DNA from: Myxococcota bacterium
Lineage (GTDB): Bacteria > Myxococcota_A > UBA9160 > SZUA-336
Reading direction: 5' to 3'
NCBI GenBank assembly: GCA_965247115.1
Contig: CBDFGR010000002.1
Location: 160,001 to 224,000 of the forward strand
Length of the DNA stretch: 64,000 bases
The first letter of the stretch is position 1, and every line of letters begins with the position of its first letter. The position numbers were made by a program, and so were the translations under genes. The notes below the pieces were generated by a model. It did not search any database, was not told the origin of the DNA, and saw only the letters and a list, made by a program, of their open reading frames with translations. This document shows positions 11,194-20,167 of this stretch, piece after piece.

Positions 11194-14100
11194 GTGGAGC
11201 CCAACACGTCGCCGGCCATGGACGACTCGCGCGTTCAGCGTCTGCTCGAGCAATTTGCCGTCGACCCGAGCGACACCCCCGCCTTTCGCACCCTCGAGGA
11301 GCACCTGTTCTTCGTCGAGGCGTGGCAGCAGCTCGCGGGCGTGTACGAGTGTCGTATCTCGGCCACTCCTGACGCGGATCCCGAGCGCGAGCGCTTGCTC
11401 CTGCGGCTCGCGACCGTGCTCGAGGAGCGCCTTGCAGATGTCGACGGTGCGAGGCAGCGACTCGAGGAGCTGCTGCGTCAGAACTCCGAGCACGCCGAGG
11501 GCCTGGCGTCTCTGCGGCGTCTGCACACCCGGGCCGGTGAGCTGACCGCGGCTCTTCAGCTCGCCGAGATCGAGGAGGGTCTACCGCTTCGCGCGCTGGA
11601 TCGCGCGAAGGTGCTGGCCGAAATCGGCTCGCTGTGGAACCGCGCGGGAGACCCGACCGAAGCAGAGCGTCGTCTGGAAGAGGCGCTACAGCTCGATCCG
11701 AGCTGCGATCTGGCACTGGAGGAGCGCGCGAACGGAGCGGCGGAGCTCGGGAGGAACGAGGAGGCACTCCGGCTCCACGCCGTACGTGTGAAGTCCCTGG
11801 TGGGGGCCGCGCGCTGCGACGTGCTCGGTCAGATGGTCGAGCTCTTGCCCCCAGCACAGAAGGATCGAATTGGCACCCTGCTGCGCGAGATCGTGCGTCA
11901 GTTTCCCGACCGCCCGGACCCGATCCGTCGCTTGATCGAGATCGAGTCCGAAGCTCGGGAGTACGAACGGGTCGACGAGCTGCAGCGGGCTCTCTGGAAA
12001 GCCCTGCGAGATCCCGTCGAGCGTGTGCGCCTGGCACTGGAGGCGTCCGCGCTGCAGCTGCGGGAGGCTGCCGACCTGGGGGCCGCGTTCTACTGGGCGG
12101 ACCTGACAGACGAGGTAGCACCGGGAGACATCGACGTGCAGGAGCTGCGCGCCAGGTTGTTCCGGCGCACGGGCCAGAGCGAGAACCTGATCGCCACACT
12201 CGAGAAGCTCGTCCGCATAGACGGACCGACGCAAATGCGCCTGCTCGAGCTCGCCGTGCTGCAGGAGCGTGAAGGGCGACCCGAGCTGGCCACCGAGTGG
12301 CTCCAGCTACTGCTGGAGCAGAATCCCGGCGATGGCGAAGCACTGCAGGCGCTCGACCGCTGTCTCGTGACCCTCGGCCGGCACGGGGAGCGCGCTCGGC
12401 TGCTCGAGCGGCGCGCCCAAGACGCGAAGAGCCCCGGCGAGGCCGCCGACCTCTTGTGCGAGCTGGCCGACCTCTGCATCGGGCCGCTCCAGGACCTGCC
12501 CGCCGGAGAGGACGCCTATCGCAGGGCGCTCGAGCGCGTCGATCACTCGGCAGCCTCCGAAGGCCTGCGGCAGCTCCTCGCCAAAGGCGAGCGCTTTGCG
12601 GATCTCGCCCGACTCCTCGAGCAGCTGGTGGGTCGGGAGACCAGGTCGAAAGTCCGCTCCGAGCTCCTGACGGAGCTCGGAGAGGTCCGGCTCCAGTCGC
12701 TTGCCGACGCTTCCGGCGCTCGCGAAGCCTTCAGCCGGGCACTCGATGCCGATCCGGAGGCACGCTCGGCGCTCCAGGGCCTGCGCAATGTTGCGGATTC
12801 CAACGGGGACTCCGGCGCGCTGCTGGAGGCCTGTCAGCGGGAGGTCGAGCTCGAGCCCGATCCGGCTCAGCAGATCGCTCTCTTGCGGGAGCTCGTGGGC
12901 GTTGCGCGCTCGGCCGAGCAGCTGCCCCGCGCGCGACGCGCCGCCCAAGCCTGGACCGAGCTCGAGGCGTCGCGCGAGTCGCTCGAGGCGCTTGCCGACA
13001 TCGGCCGCAGCATGAACGACGAGAGCTGCGAGCGCGGTGCGCTCGAAGCGCTCGAGGCGGTCCTGGCCGACGAGCCGGGGGCGCGTGCCCGGGTGCTCGC
13101 CCGCCTCGGCGAGCTCGCTCTCGAGCTGGCAGATCCAAACGCCCTGAGCGTTGCCTGTCACTGGTATCGCGAAGCCCTGGTGCAGGCTCCAGACGAGGCC
13201 GTGCGTTCCAAGCTGATCGAGCTGTACAGGGCGGGCGGCCAGCTTGCAGAGCTGGTCCACGAGCTCCGCGCCCGACTCGAGACCCTCGCTGGCCAGGAGA
13301 CGATCCCGTGCCGAGTCGAGCTTGCCGAGGCCCTGCGCCAGCTGGGGGATCTCTCTGCTGCCATTGAGATCCTCTGGCCTGCGTTCGAGGACGATCCCGG
13401 CCATCCGGACATTGCGGAGTCGCTCGAGGTCTTGCTCCGGGAGCAGGGCCGGGACGAACAGCTCCGTGAGGTGCTCGGTCGTCGGCTCTCCGCGGAACGC
13501 GAGCCCACGCGACGCCGCGGCGTTGCACAGAAGCTCGCCGAGCTCCTGCTCGACGGGCAGGGGCGAGCCCCCGACGCTGTGGCCGTCCTGCGCGAGGTCG
13601 CGGACCCCAGTCGCAACGAGAGCCTGGAGGCGCTGTTCGAGCGCGCCCTCGAAGCATCGAGCGTACGGGGGGAACGCGAGTCCTGGCTGCGCTCGCGCAC
13701 GGCGCACGTCGACGCGCCGCAGCAGGTCGAGCTGCTTCTGCAGCTGTCCGCTATCCAGGCGGAAGACGGGCGGCGCGACGAAGCGATCGAGACCGTACGC
13801 CGCGCGCACCGGTTGCCGGCCGGCGCGGCTCTCGAGAGCGTCCAGAGCCGGCTGCTGAGCTTGCTACGCGGGCACCGCTCGTCCCGCGAGCAGCTCGACC
13901 TGCTGGGAGAGCTACTCGAAGAGACGGAAGAGCCCGCACCCCGCGCGGCTTTCCTGATTGAGCGCGCCCGCATTCAGGCGGACGACCTGGATGCGCCGGA
14001 CCGCGCGATCGAGGAGCTCGAGCAGGCGCAGCAAGAGGCGGAGCTCAGTGCGGACGAGCTCGGAGTCGTCTCGAACCTGTATGCGCGCACCGGTGCTGTG

Positions 14101-17100
14101 GTTCAGCAGGCCAGCGCCCTGGGCGCGCTCGCCAAGCTGACGAAAGATCGAGACGAGCGGCGCCGCACGCTGCTTCGGTTGGCTGCACTTCGTCTGGACG
14201 GTCCAAGCGCTGCGAGAGATCGTGACGAGGCCGAGGTTGGGTTGCGGCAGGTCCTGGAGCTGGATCCAGCGGATCGAGAGGCCTTCGATCGACTGCTCGC
14301 GCTCTACGACGAGGACTTGCGCAGCACCGACGTGTGCAAGCTCCTGCAGGCCCGCCTGGCGCTCCCCGAGCTGCGGACGAGCGAGCGTAGCTCGCTAGCG
14401 CTCCGCCTGGCCACGCTACAGATGGAGCTTGGCCAGCCGGAGACCGCTGCGGAGACGGTCCGAACCGCGCGCGCCGCGGGCATCGATCGGGCGGCACTGA
14501 ACGAGCTCCTGTTCGCGGCGCTCGAGGCCGGAGGCGAGGCCGAGGACAGCGCGGAGCTGTCCGAGGAGCGGGCCCGCGTGGAGAGTGGGACCGAGCGTGC
14601 GCGCTGGCTGAAGCGCTGGCTGGACACCCACGCGATCGATGGAGACTCCGCCCGCGAGCGGCTCGAGCGGGTCAACGAGCTGCTCGCAGAGCGGCCCAGC
14701 GACGCGGAGCTCATCGCGCTCCGCCTACCGCTGCTCCGCGAGCTCGGGCTGCTGACGGAGCTGGCCGAAGCCCTGGAGGACATCGTGAGCGGCAGGTCGC
14801 CACTTCCCGACGGACGTCGCAGCGTATGTCTGCGCGAGCTACTCCAGCTGTATGAAGGGGCGCTTTCGCTGCCGGAACGCGCGCTCGAGTGGATCGAATC
14901 CGAGGTGGAGACCGAGCCCAGTCTGCGTCTGCGCGGCGCGGACCTGGCGCGCGATCTCGGACAACCCGCGCGCGAGGCGGCGTTGCTGGGGCCGCTCGTT
15001 CAAAGCGATGGGCCAGCTACACCAGACTGCGTACGCCGTCTCGGACTCGCGCTCTGGCAGAGTGAGGATCCTGGCGCTGCGGAGCAGCTGCTCTGGCGTG
15101 CTCTCGATAACGATCCGAAAGATCGCGAAGCCCTCGAGGCCCTGCAGGCCTTGACCGAGGAGCGGGCCGACCCGGTGGGCCTGCTCCGGGTCCTCGACGC
15201 GCGCTTCTCGCTCGAGTCCGGGGCGACACGCAAGACTGTCGCCCGCGAGGGTCTCGAGCTGGCTGCTCGCGAGGGTCAGAGCCCGCTCGAGCTGCGCTGG
15301 CTTCGGCGCGTGCAGTTCCTCGAGCCGCTAGCCATCAAGGAGCGGGCGCGCTGGCTGGAGCTCGAACGCGAGCTCGGCGATCGACCCGGCATCCTCCTCG
15401 CACTCAAGGCCCTGCGTCAGACTGCTCTCTCGCCACTCGAGGTGTCGGAGCTCCTGGCGGCGGAGGCGGACATCCACGTCGAGTGCGGCCAGCTCGGGCT
15501 CGCGCGCGAGGGGTACACAGAGACGATCCGGATTTCCGCCAATCCTCCAGTAGCCTGGCTCCAGGCACTCGAGGTCATCCTCAAAAGTCGGGGCCAACTG
15601 TCTGAACGTGCTGAGCTCTTGCACCAGCTCTCGACCCATCCCGACCTCTCTCTCGAGGAGCGGCGGGTCTGGCAGGAGGGTCGCTTCGCCCTGCTCACGT
15701 CGCATCCGGAGCTCTGCGAGGCTGCTGCCGTCGAGCTGCGCAGCCTGGCGTCGAGTGCGGAGACGGATCCCGCGCTTCGAATCGAGCGGATGCGCCAGCT
15801 GCTCGGCGTCTACGAGGAGCTGGAGCGCAGCGCCGACTGGTGCGAGCTCGCTGCGGAGCTCGTGCCAATGCTGCCCGAGGACGAGCGCAGGGACCTGCAG
15901 CGTCAGGTCGCCTCCCGACTTGCGCAGCCGCTCTACGATGTCGAGCGGGCGACGGCAGCCTGGGAGTCGCTCCTATCCGAGCTGCCAGAGGACACCGAGG
16001 CGCTCGAGGCCCTCGCCTCGCTGTTGCGACGTCCCTCCACCGAAGCTCGCCTGGCCGAGGTGCTCGAACGCTGGGCGGACTGCGGCGCGCCCGAGCCTGC
16101 GGCGTGCTGGCTCGAGGCCGCGGAGCTGCGCTGGCGCGAGCTGCGTGACGCCTCCGGTGCGCTCGCCGACGCCGATCGTGCCCTCGAGATCGACACGACA
16201 CTCGAGCCGGCACATGCCCTGCGCAGCGAGCTGTGTGCGCATCTCGACCGGGTGGAGGACGAGGCCACGTCACTGGAGGCGCTGATCGAGGCGGACCCGA
16301 AGAATCCTCAGGCGACGGAGTGGTGGCTTCGTCTGGCCCAGATCGCAGCCCGAGAGCCCACGGGTCGGGAGCGGGCCGAGGAGGCGGTCGACCGTGTCCT
16401 GGAGCTCGGCGCTACCACCATGGCCCAGGCGACCGGGCTCCGAGCGGTTCTGGAGCGCCTGGGAGATTGGTCCAGGGCAGCCGACCTGCTCCACACGGAG
16501 ATCGATGCGGCGGAACCCGCGGACAAACCCGACCTCCTGCGCCGCCTGGCGCGCGTCAGCTGGGATGAGCTCCACCACGCCGAGGACACCTCGAGCGCGT
16601 TGGCCGCACTGTCCGAACACACAGCGCTCGACGCGGAGGAGCACGAGCGCTGGGCCGAGGCGCTGGCGAGCCTGGGGAGCTGGCCCGAGACGATTGCGCA
16701 ACGGCGCGCTGCTCTCGAGGCCGCGGGCGAGCAGACCACCGCGCGCGCCTGGCTCGAGCTGGCCCAGCAGATCCTCGAGAAGCTCGACGACCTCTCCCAG
16801 GCGTGCGAGGCCTGTGATCGGGCGCTGGCCCTCGAGTCGGACGACGTCGAGGCCTTGAGACTGCGGGCCACTCTTGCAACCCGGCTCGACGATCCGCTGA
16901 GAGAGCTCGAGATCCGCGAGCGACTCGTCGACCTGCTCGTCGACGAGAGGGCGGCGGCGCGCTCTAGCGCGCGGGCCGGGGACCTCGTTCGGGAACACAC
17001 GGACGATATCGGTCGCGCGATGAACCTGTATCGCCTCGCCCTGCGCCGGGATCCTTCGCTCCTGACCGCACTGCTCGGGGCTGGCGAGCTTGCGTTGCAG

Positions 17101-18924
17101 CTGGGGGAGTGGGCCGAGGCGGAGCGGCGTCTCGGAACCGCATGCTCCATCTTGCCGGAGAGCGAGCTCTGCGAACGCCTGGCGGACACCGCCCTCGGCG
17201 CGGCGACGGCCGCCGCACAACTGCAGCGGCATGCAGAGGCATTTCGCTACCTCGAGCTCTCCCTGCAGCAACAGCCCGAGCACCCGGGCGCGCTCGATGC
17301 GATGACGGAGCTCAGCCTGCGGCTCGGATCCTATGAGCGCGCGCTCGATTGCCTGCGCGCGCGCCTGGACACGGGTGCGCTGGAGCCCTATACGCGTGCC
17401 GATCGCCTGGTCCAGCTCGCCCAGGCCTACGAGGGCGTCGGGCGTCGAGAGGAGGCCGCGAACGCGCTCGAGGAAGTCCTCTCGATCCGGCCTCAAGACG
17501 AGATCACCCGGGCACGAACCGTCGACCTACTCGAGCAGCTTGGCGAGACCGAGCGCGCCATCGCCCAGGTCGAGGACTGGATCGAGCGCTCCGCCTCCGA
17601 GTTCGTGCCCCGCCTGGAGCTGCGCGCGGCCCGGTTGGAGCGCACGCTCGAACGCCGCACGGAGGCCCGCCGACGGCTCGAGCGGGTCGTGGAGGCAGAC
17701 GATCCCCCGGCCGCTGCCTGGGTGGATCTGGCGGAGCTCACGCTGGCGGACCTCGAGCCCGAGAGAGTCCTCGCCATCGCGCGCCGGGGACTCGACCGGG
17801 TCGAGACCCTGAGCGATCGGGCGGCTCTGCTCTGGACGGAGACCCGCGCCCTCGACGCGCTCGAACGCGAAGATGAGACCGCCGAGGCGGCCATGGAGAC
17901 GCTGACCCTCTACCCGGGAAACGTCGCGTGTGCCGAGCTTCTGGCCGGGAAGCTGTCCGCCCCCATCGACCGAGAGCGAGCGGTACGAGAGATCGAGCGC
18001 TCCCTCGATACGGGGAACGCAAGCCCCGCCGCAGAGGCGGCTCTGTGGGAGGCGATCGGACGAGCCTACTCCGGTCCGCTGCAAGCCATCGAGCGCGCCC
18101 AGCTCTGCTACCGGCGAGCACTCGAGTGCAATCCGCACCGCTCCAGCACCACCGAGGTGCTGGCAGACACCGCGGCCCTAGACCCCTCCTCCCACCACGA
18201 GTCGATCCACATGCATCGCAAGCTGCTGGACGAGTTCCCCGCCCGGCTGGGTAGCTGGAACGCCATCAGGCTGATTGGCGCGCATTGGAAACGGGAGCGC
18301 AGCCAGTCGACCAGCGAGCTCGTGCTGCGTGCGCTCGGTGTTCGCTCGGACGAGTTCGGGAGCAGACGCGCTCGGCCGCTGGTCGACGCCGGGCCTCCGG
18401 CTCAGGCCGAGCTACGCGCAGCGAGTCTGCTGCTGCGCACGCTCGCGGGTCGTGGCTCCGAGGATCCCGCGCCCCGCAGCGACGACGCAGGACTCCCCGA
18501 GGAGCTTCGCCGCGAGCTCACCAAGATCGCCGGTCCCCTCTGGAACCTGCCCGACGAGACCCTTTCCCAGGTCTGGCGAGAGCCCCTCGGCGAGGATCGG
18601 GATCCTGCACACTGGCTGACGCGGCGCACGCGCCGCCGCCTGCGCCGCGTTCTCGATGCGGTCGAGCTCGACTCTCTCCACTCCGTTGAAACAGCGAGCT
18701 GGCGCGCTGAGGTCCTGGCAGAGGCGGCCGCACGCACCCTGGAGCGGGGCCACCTCGACCTCGACGATCTCCTCCACGCCCTCCTGGGCGTCTGGCCAGC
18801 CACCCGTCACCTCGAGACAAAACCTGCCGACAACTCCGGCGCCGTCATCCAGATCTGCCCCCCCGCCCGCCGCCTACTCCTCCGCATCGCCACCGCCACC
18901 CTAAGCGGACTGGGCCTCTCCTAG
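11194..18924 (+). CDS. Giant (2576 aa) TPR/alpha-solenoid protein resembling myxobacterial AgmK-like repeat proteins
   Basis: Long ORF with many A...Y/F.RAL..DP...AL repeats; no signal peptide or catalytic motif recognised. Confidence 0.8.
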   Translation: MEPNTSPAMDDSRVQRLLEQFAVDPSDTPAFRTLEEHLFFVEAWQQLAGVYECRISATPDADPERERLLLRLATVLEERLADVDGARQRLEELLRQNSEHAEGLASLRRLHTRAGELTAALQLAEIEEGLPLRALDRAKVLAEIGSLWNRAGDPTEAERRLEEALQLDPSCDLALEERANGAAELGRNEEALRLHAVRVKSLVGAARCDVLGQMVELLPPAQKDRIGTLLREIVRQFPDRPDPIRRLIEIESEAREYERVDELQRALWKALRDPVERVRLALEASALQLREAADLGAAFYWADLTDEVAPGDIDVQELRARLFRRTGQSENLIATLEKLVRIDGPTQMRLLELAVLQEREGRPELATEWLQLLLEQNPGDGEALQALDRCLVTLGRHGERARLLERRAQDAKSPGEAADLLCELADLCIGPLQDLPAGEDAYRRALERVDHSAASEGLRQLLAKGERFADLARLLEQLVGRETRSKVRSELLTELGEVRLQSLADASGAREAFSRALDADPEARSALQGLRNVADSNGDSGALLEACQREVELEPDPAQQIALLRELVGVARSAEQLPRARRAAQAWTELEASRESLEALADIGRSMNDESCERGALEALEAVLADEPGARARVLARLGELALELADPNALSVACHWYREALVQAPDEAVRSKLIELYRAGGQLAELVHELRARLETLAGQETIPCRVELAEALRQLGDLSAAIEILWPAFEDDPGHPDIAESLEVLLREQGRDEQLREVLGRRLSAEREPTRRRGVAQKLAELLLDGQGRAPDAVAVLREVADPSRNESLEALFERALEASSVRGERESWLRSRTAHVDAPQQVELLLQLSAIQAEDGRRDEAIETVRRAHRLPAGAALESVQSRLLSLLRGHRSSREQLDLLGELLEETEEPAPRAAFLIERARIQADDLDAPDRAIEELEQAQQEAELSADELGVVSNLYARTGAVVQQASALGALAKLTKDRDERRRTLLRLAALRLDGPSAARDRDEAEVGLRQVLELDPADREAFDRLLALYDEDLRSTDVCKLLQARLALPELRTSERSSLALRLATLQMELGQPETAAETVRTARAAGIDRAALNELLFAALEAGGEAEDSAELSEERARVESGTERARWLKRWLDTHAIDGDSARERLERVNELLAERPSDAELIALRLPLLRELGLLTELAEALEDIVSGRSPLPDGRRSVCLRELLQLYEGALSLPERALEWIESEVETEPSLRLRGADLARDLGQPAREAALLGPLVQSDGPATPDCVRRLGLALWQSEDPGAAEQLLWRALDNDPKDREALEALQALTEERADPVGLLRVLDARFSLESGATRKTVAREGLELAAREGQSPLELRWLRRVQFLEPLAIKERARWLELERELGDRPGILLALKALRQTALSPLEVSELLAAEADIHVECGQLGLAREGYTETIRISANPPVAWLQALEVILKSRGQLSERAELLHQLSTHPDLSLEERRVWQEGRFALLTSHPELCEAAAVELRSLASSAETDPALRIERMRQLLGVYEELERSADWCELAAELVPMLPEDERRDLQRQVASRLAQPLYDVERATAAWESLLSELPEDTEALEALASLLRRPSTEARLAEVLERWADCGAPEPAACWLEAAELRWRELRDASGALADADRALEIDTTLEPAHALRSELCAHLDRVEDEATSLEALIEADPKNPQATEWWLRLAQIAAREPTGRERAEEAVDRVLELGATTMAQATGLRAVLERLGDWSRAADLLHTEIDAAEPADKPDLLRRLARVSWDELHHAEDTSSALAALSEHTALDAEEHERWAEALASLGSWPETIAQRRAALEAAGEQTTARAWLELAQQILEKLDDLSQACEACDRALALESDDVEALRLRATLATRLDDPLRELEIRERLVDLLVDERAAARSSARAGDLVREHTDDIGRAMNLYRLALRRDPSLLTALLGAGELALQLGEWAEAERRLGTACSILPESELCERLADTALGAATAAAQLQRHAEAFRYLELSLQQQPEHPGALDAMTELSLRLGSYERALDCLRARLDTGALEPYTRADRLVQLAQAYEGVGRREEAANALEEVLSIRPQDEITRARTVDLLEQLGETERAIAQVEDWIERSASEFVPRLELRAARLERTLERRTEARRRLERVVEADDPPAAAWVDLAELTLADLEPERVLAIARRGLDRVETLSDRAALLWTETRALDALEREDETAEAAMETLTLYPGNVACAELLAGKLSAPIDRERAVREIERSLDTGNASPAAEAALWEAIGRAYSGPLQAIERAQLCYRRALECNPHRSSTTEVLADTAALDPSSHHESIHMHRKLLDEFPARLGSWNAIRLIGAHWKRERSQSTSELVLRALGVRSDEFGSRRARPLVDAGPPAQAELRAASLLLRTLAGRGSEDPAPRSDDAGLPEELRRELTKIAGPLWNLPDETLSQVWREPLGEDRDPAHWLTRRTRRRLRRVLDAVELDSLHSVETASWRAEVLAEAAARTLERGHLDLDDLLHALLGVWPATRHLETKPADNSGAVIQICPPARRLLLRIATATLSGLGLS

Positions 18925-18964
18925 CCGTCCCGTCGCGCATCGGCAGAAGTCCGACGGCGCTACG

Positions 18965-19888
18965 TCAGCGAGCGAGAGCGAGCGGTCGGACCCGTGCGGG
19001 AACGCCCACCGGAACCGGACCGTGGGCACCGGGCACTTCCACCGTCCAGCAGCCCGGGTTCGCGCGGATCTCCGCGACGAGCGCCTGATGCAGCGCGTGC
19101 CCGCTCCGCATCGCCTTCACATGGCCGCGCAACCTGAGTCCGAGCAGCGCGAGGTCGCCCACCAGATCGAGCGCCTTGTGGCGCACGAACTCCTCGGGAA
19201 AGCGCAGCCCCTCGCGGTTGAGGACCCTGCGGTCGTCGAGCACGATTGCGTTCTGAAGAGAGCCACCCAGTGCGAGGCCGACCGCCTGCATCTTCTGCAC
19301 GTCGGCGAGGAAGCCGAAGGTCCGCGCCGGCGCGATCTCTCGCGAGTAGACCTCTGGTGTCACCTTCACCGTCGGGAACGACTGACGGCCGATCGAGGGG
19401 TGCGCGTAATCGATCCCCAGCGAGACCTTGAAGTCGCGGGAGGGCAGGACGCGGACCCAGCGATCGCCGTCTCGCACTTCGATCGGCTTGGTGATCACGA
19501 GCCTGCGGCGCATGCGCCGCTGCGGCTTGAGCCCCGCGTGCTGGATCATGTAGACGAACGGCGCCGCGCTGCCGTCCATGATCGGGAGCTCCGCGCCTCT
19601 ACACTCCACGGTGCAGTTGTCGACGCCCATACCGTAGAGGGCGGAGATCAAATGCTCGACCGTGGACAGGCGTGCATCCTGGTTACCGAGGGTGGTTGCC
19701 AGAGTCGTGTCGACGACCCACTCTGCCCGCGCCGGGAAGCGCACCGGCCGCGGCAGATCAGTCCGCAGCAGCAGGATCCCGGTGCCAGCAGCAGCGGGGC
19801 GCAGGACGAGGTCCACGGGCTTTCCGGAGTGCAGCCCGATCCCCGTACACTGCACTCGAGACGCGAGCGTGTGCTCCACCGGTCTCAA
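18965..19888 (-). CDS. lpxC: UDP-3-O-acyl-GlcNAc deacetylase
   Basis: GIGLHSG, STVEHL, ELPIMDGSA, ARTFGF, EFVRHKALDLVGDL, SGHALH; start TTG 19888 or GTG 19879. Confidence 0.97.
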   Translation of the reverse strand: MRPVEHTLASRVQCTGIGLHSGKPVDLVLRPAAAGTGILLLRTDLPRPVRFPARAEWVVDTTLATTLGNQDARLSTVEHLISALYGMGVDNCTVECRGAELPIMDGSAAPFVYMIQHAGLKPQRRMRRRLVITKPIEVRDGDRWVRVLPSRDFKVSLGIDYAHPSIGRQSFPTVKVTPEVYSREIAPARTFGFLADVQKMQAVGLALGGSLQNAIVLDDRRVLNREGLRFPEEFVRHKALDLVGDLALLGLRLRGHVKAMRSGHALHQALVAEIRANPGCWTVEVPGAHGPVPVGVPARVRPLALAR

Positions 19889-19948
19889 ACGACAACCCCT
19901 CCCCTCATCCCAGCGACGCGTTCCCTGACACGCCGCCCGCAGGACACT

Positions 19949-19965
19949 AGCAACGGACATGCCAA
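19949..19965 (-). promoter_or_regulatory. Sigma54 (-24/-12) promoter of lpxC
   Basis: Minus strand TTGGCAT-GTCCG-TTGCT matches TGGCAC-N5-TTGCW. Confidence 0.75.
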
Positions 19966-20095
19966 GCCTGCGCCACCGCGTAATTTTTCTGCCGAAGACT
20001 GGTACAGGCCCGGATTCTATGACGATTTTGGTTCCCGATCGCCTACCTCCTGGCTCGACGCAACCATCCAGGACGGGCTGGAGGATGGCCTCCCG

Positions 20096-20131
20096 GTGAC
20101 GTTTCGATTACGGCGTGACGTTTTCGTCACG
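20096..20131. promoter_or_regulatory. Putative enhancer (UAS) for a sigma54 activator
   Basis: Perfect palindrome CGTGACG-TTTT-CGTCACG (20114-20131) plus degenerate copy GTGACG-TTTC-GATTAC (20096-20111), ~130-165 bp upstream of the -24 box. Confidence 0.6.
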
Positions 20132-20167
20132 ATCCGTCGAACGTTCCGGCGGCTGGAGGCCCGCTGT

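Noticed and set aside
10133..12343. 736-aa ORF and other long shadow ORFs (19022-20833, 31218-32972, 50214-51674)
   Set aside because: Alternate-frame or antisense ORFs over well-supported genes, expected at high GC; no motifs
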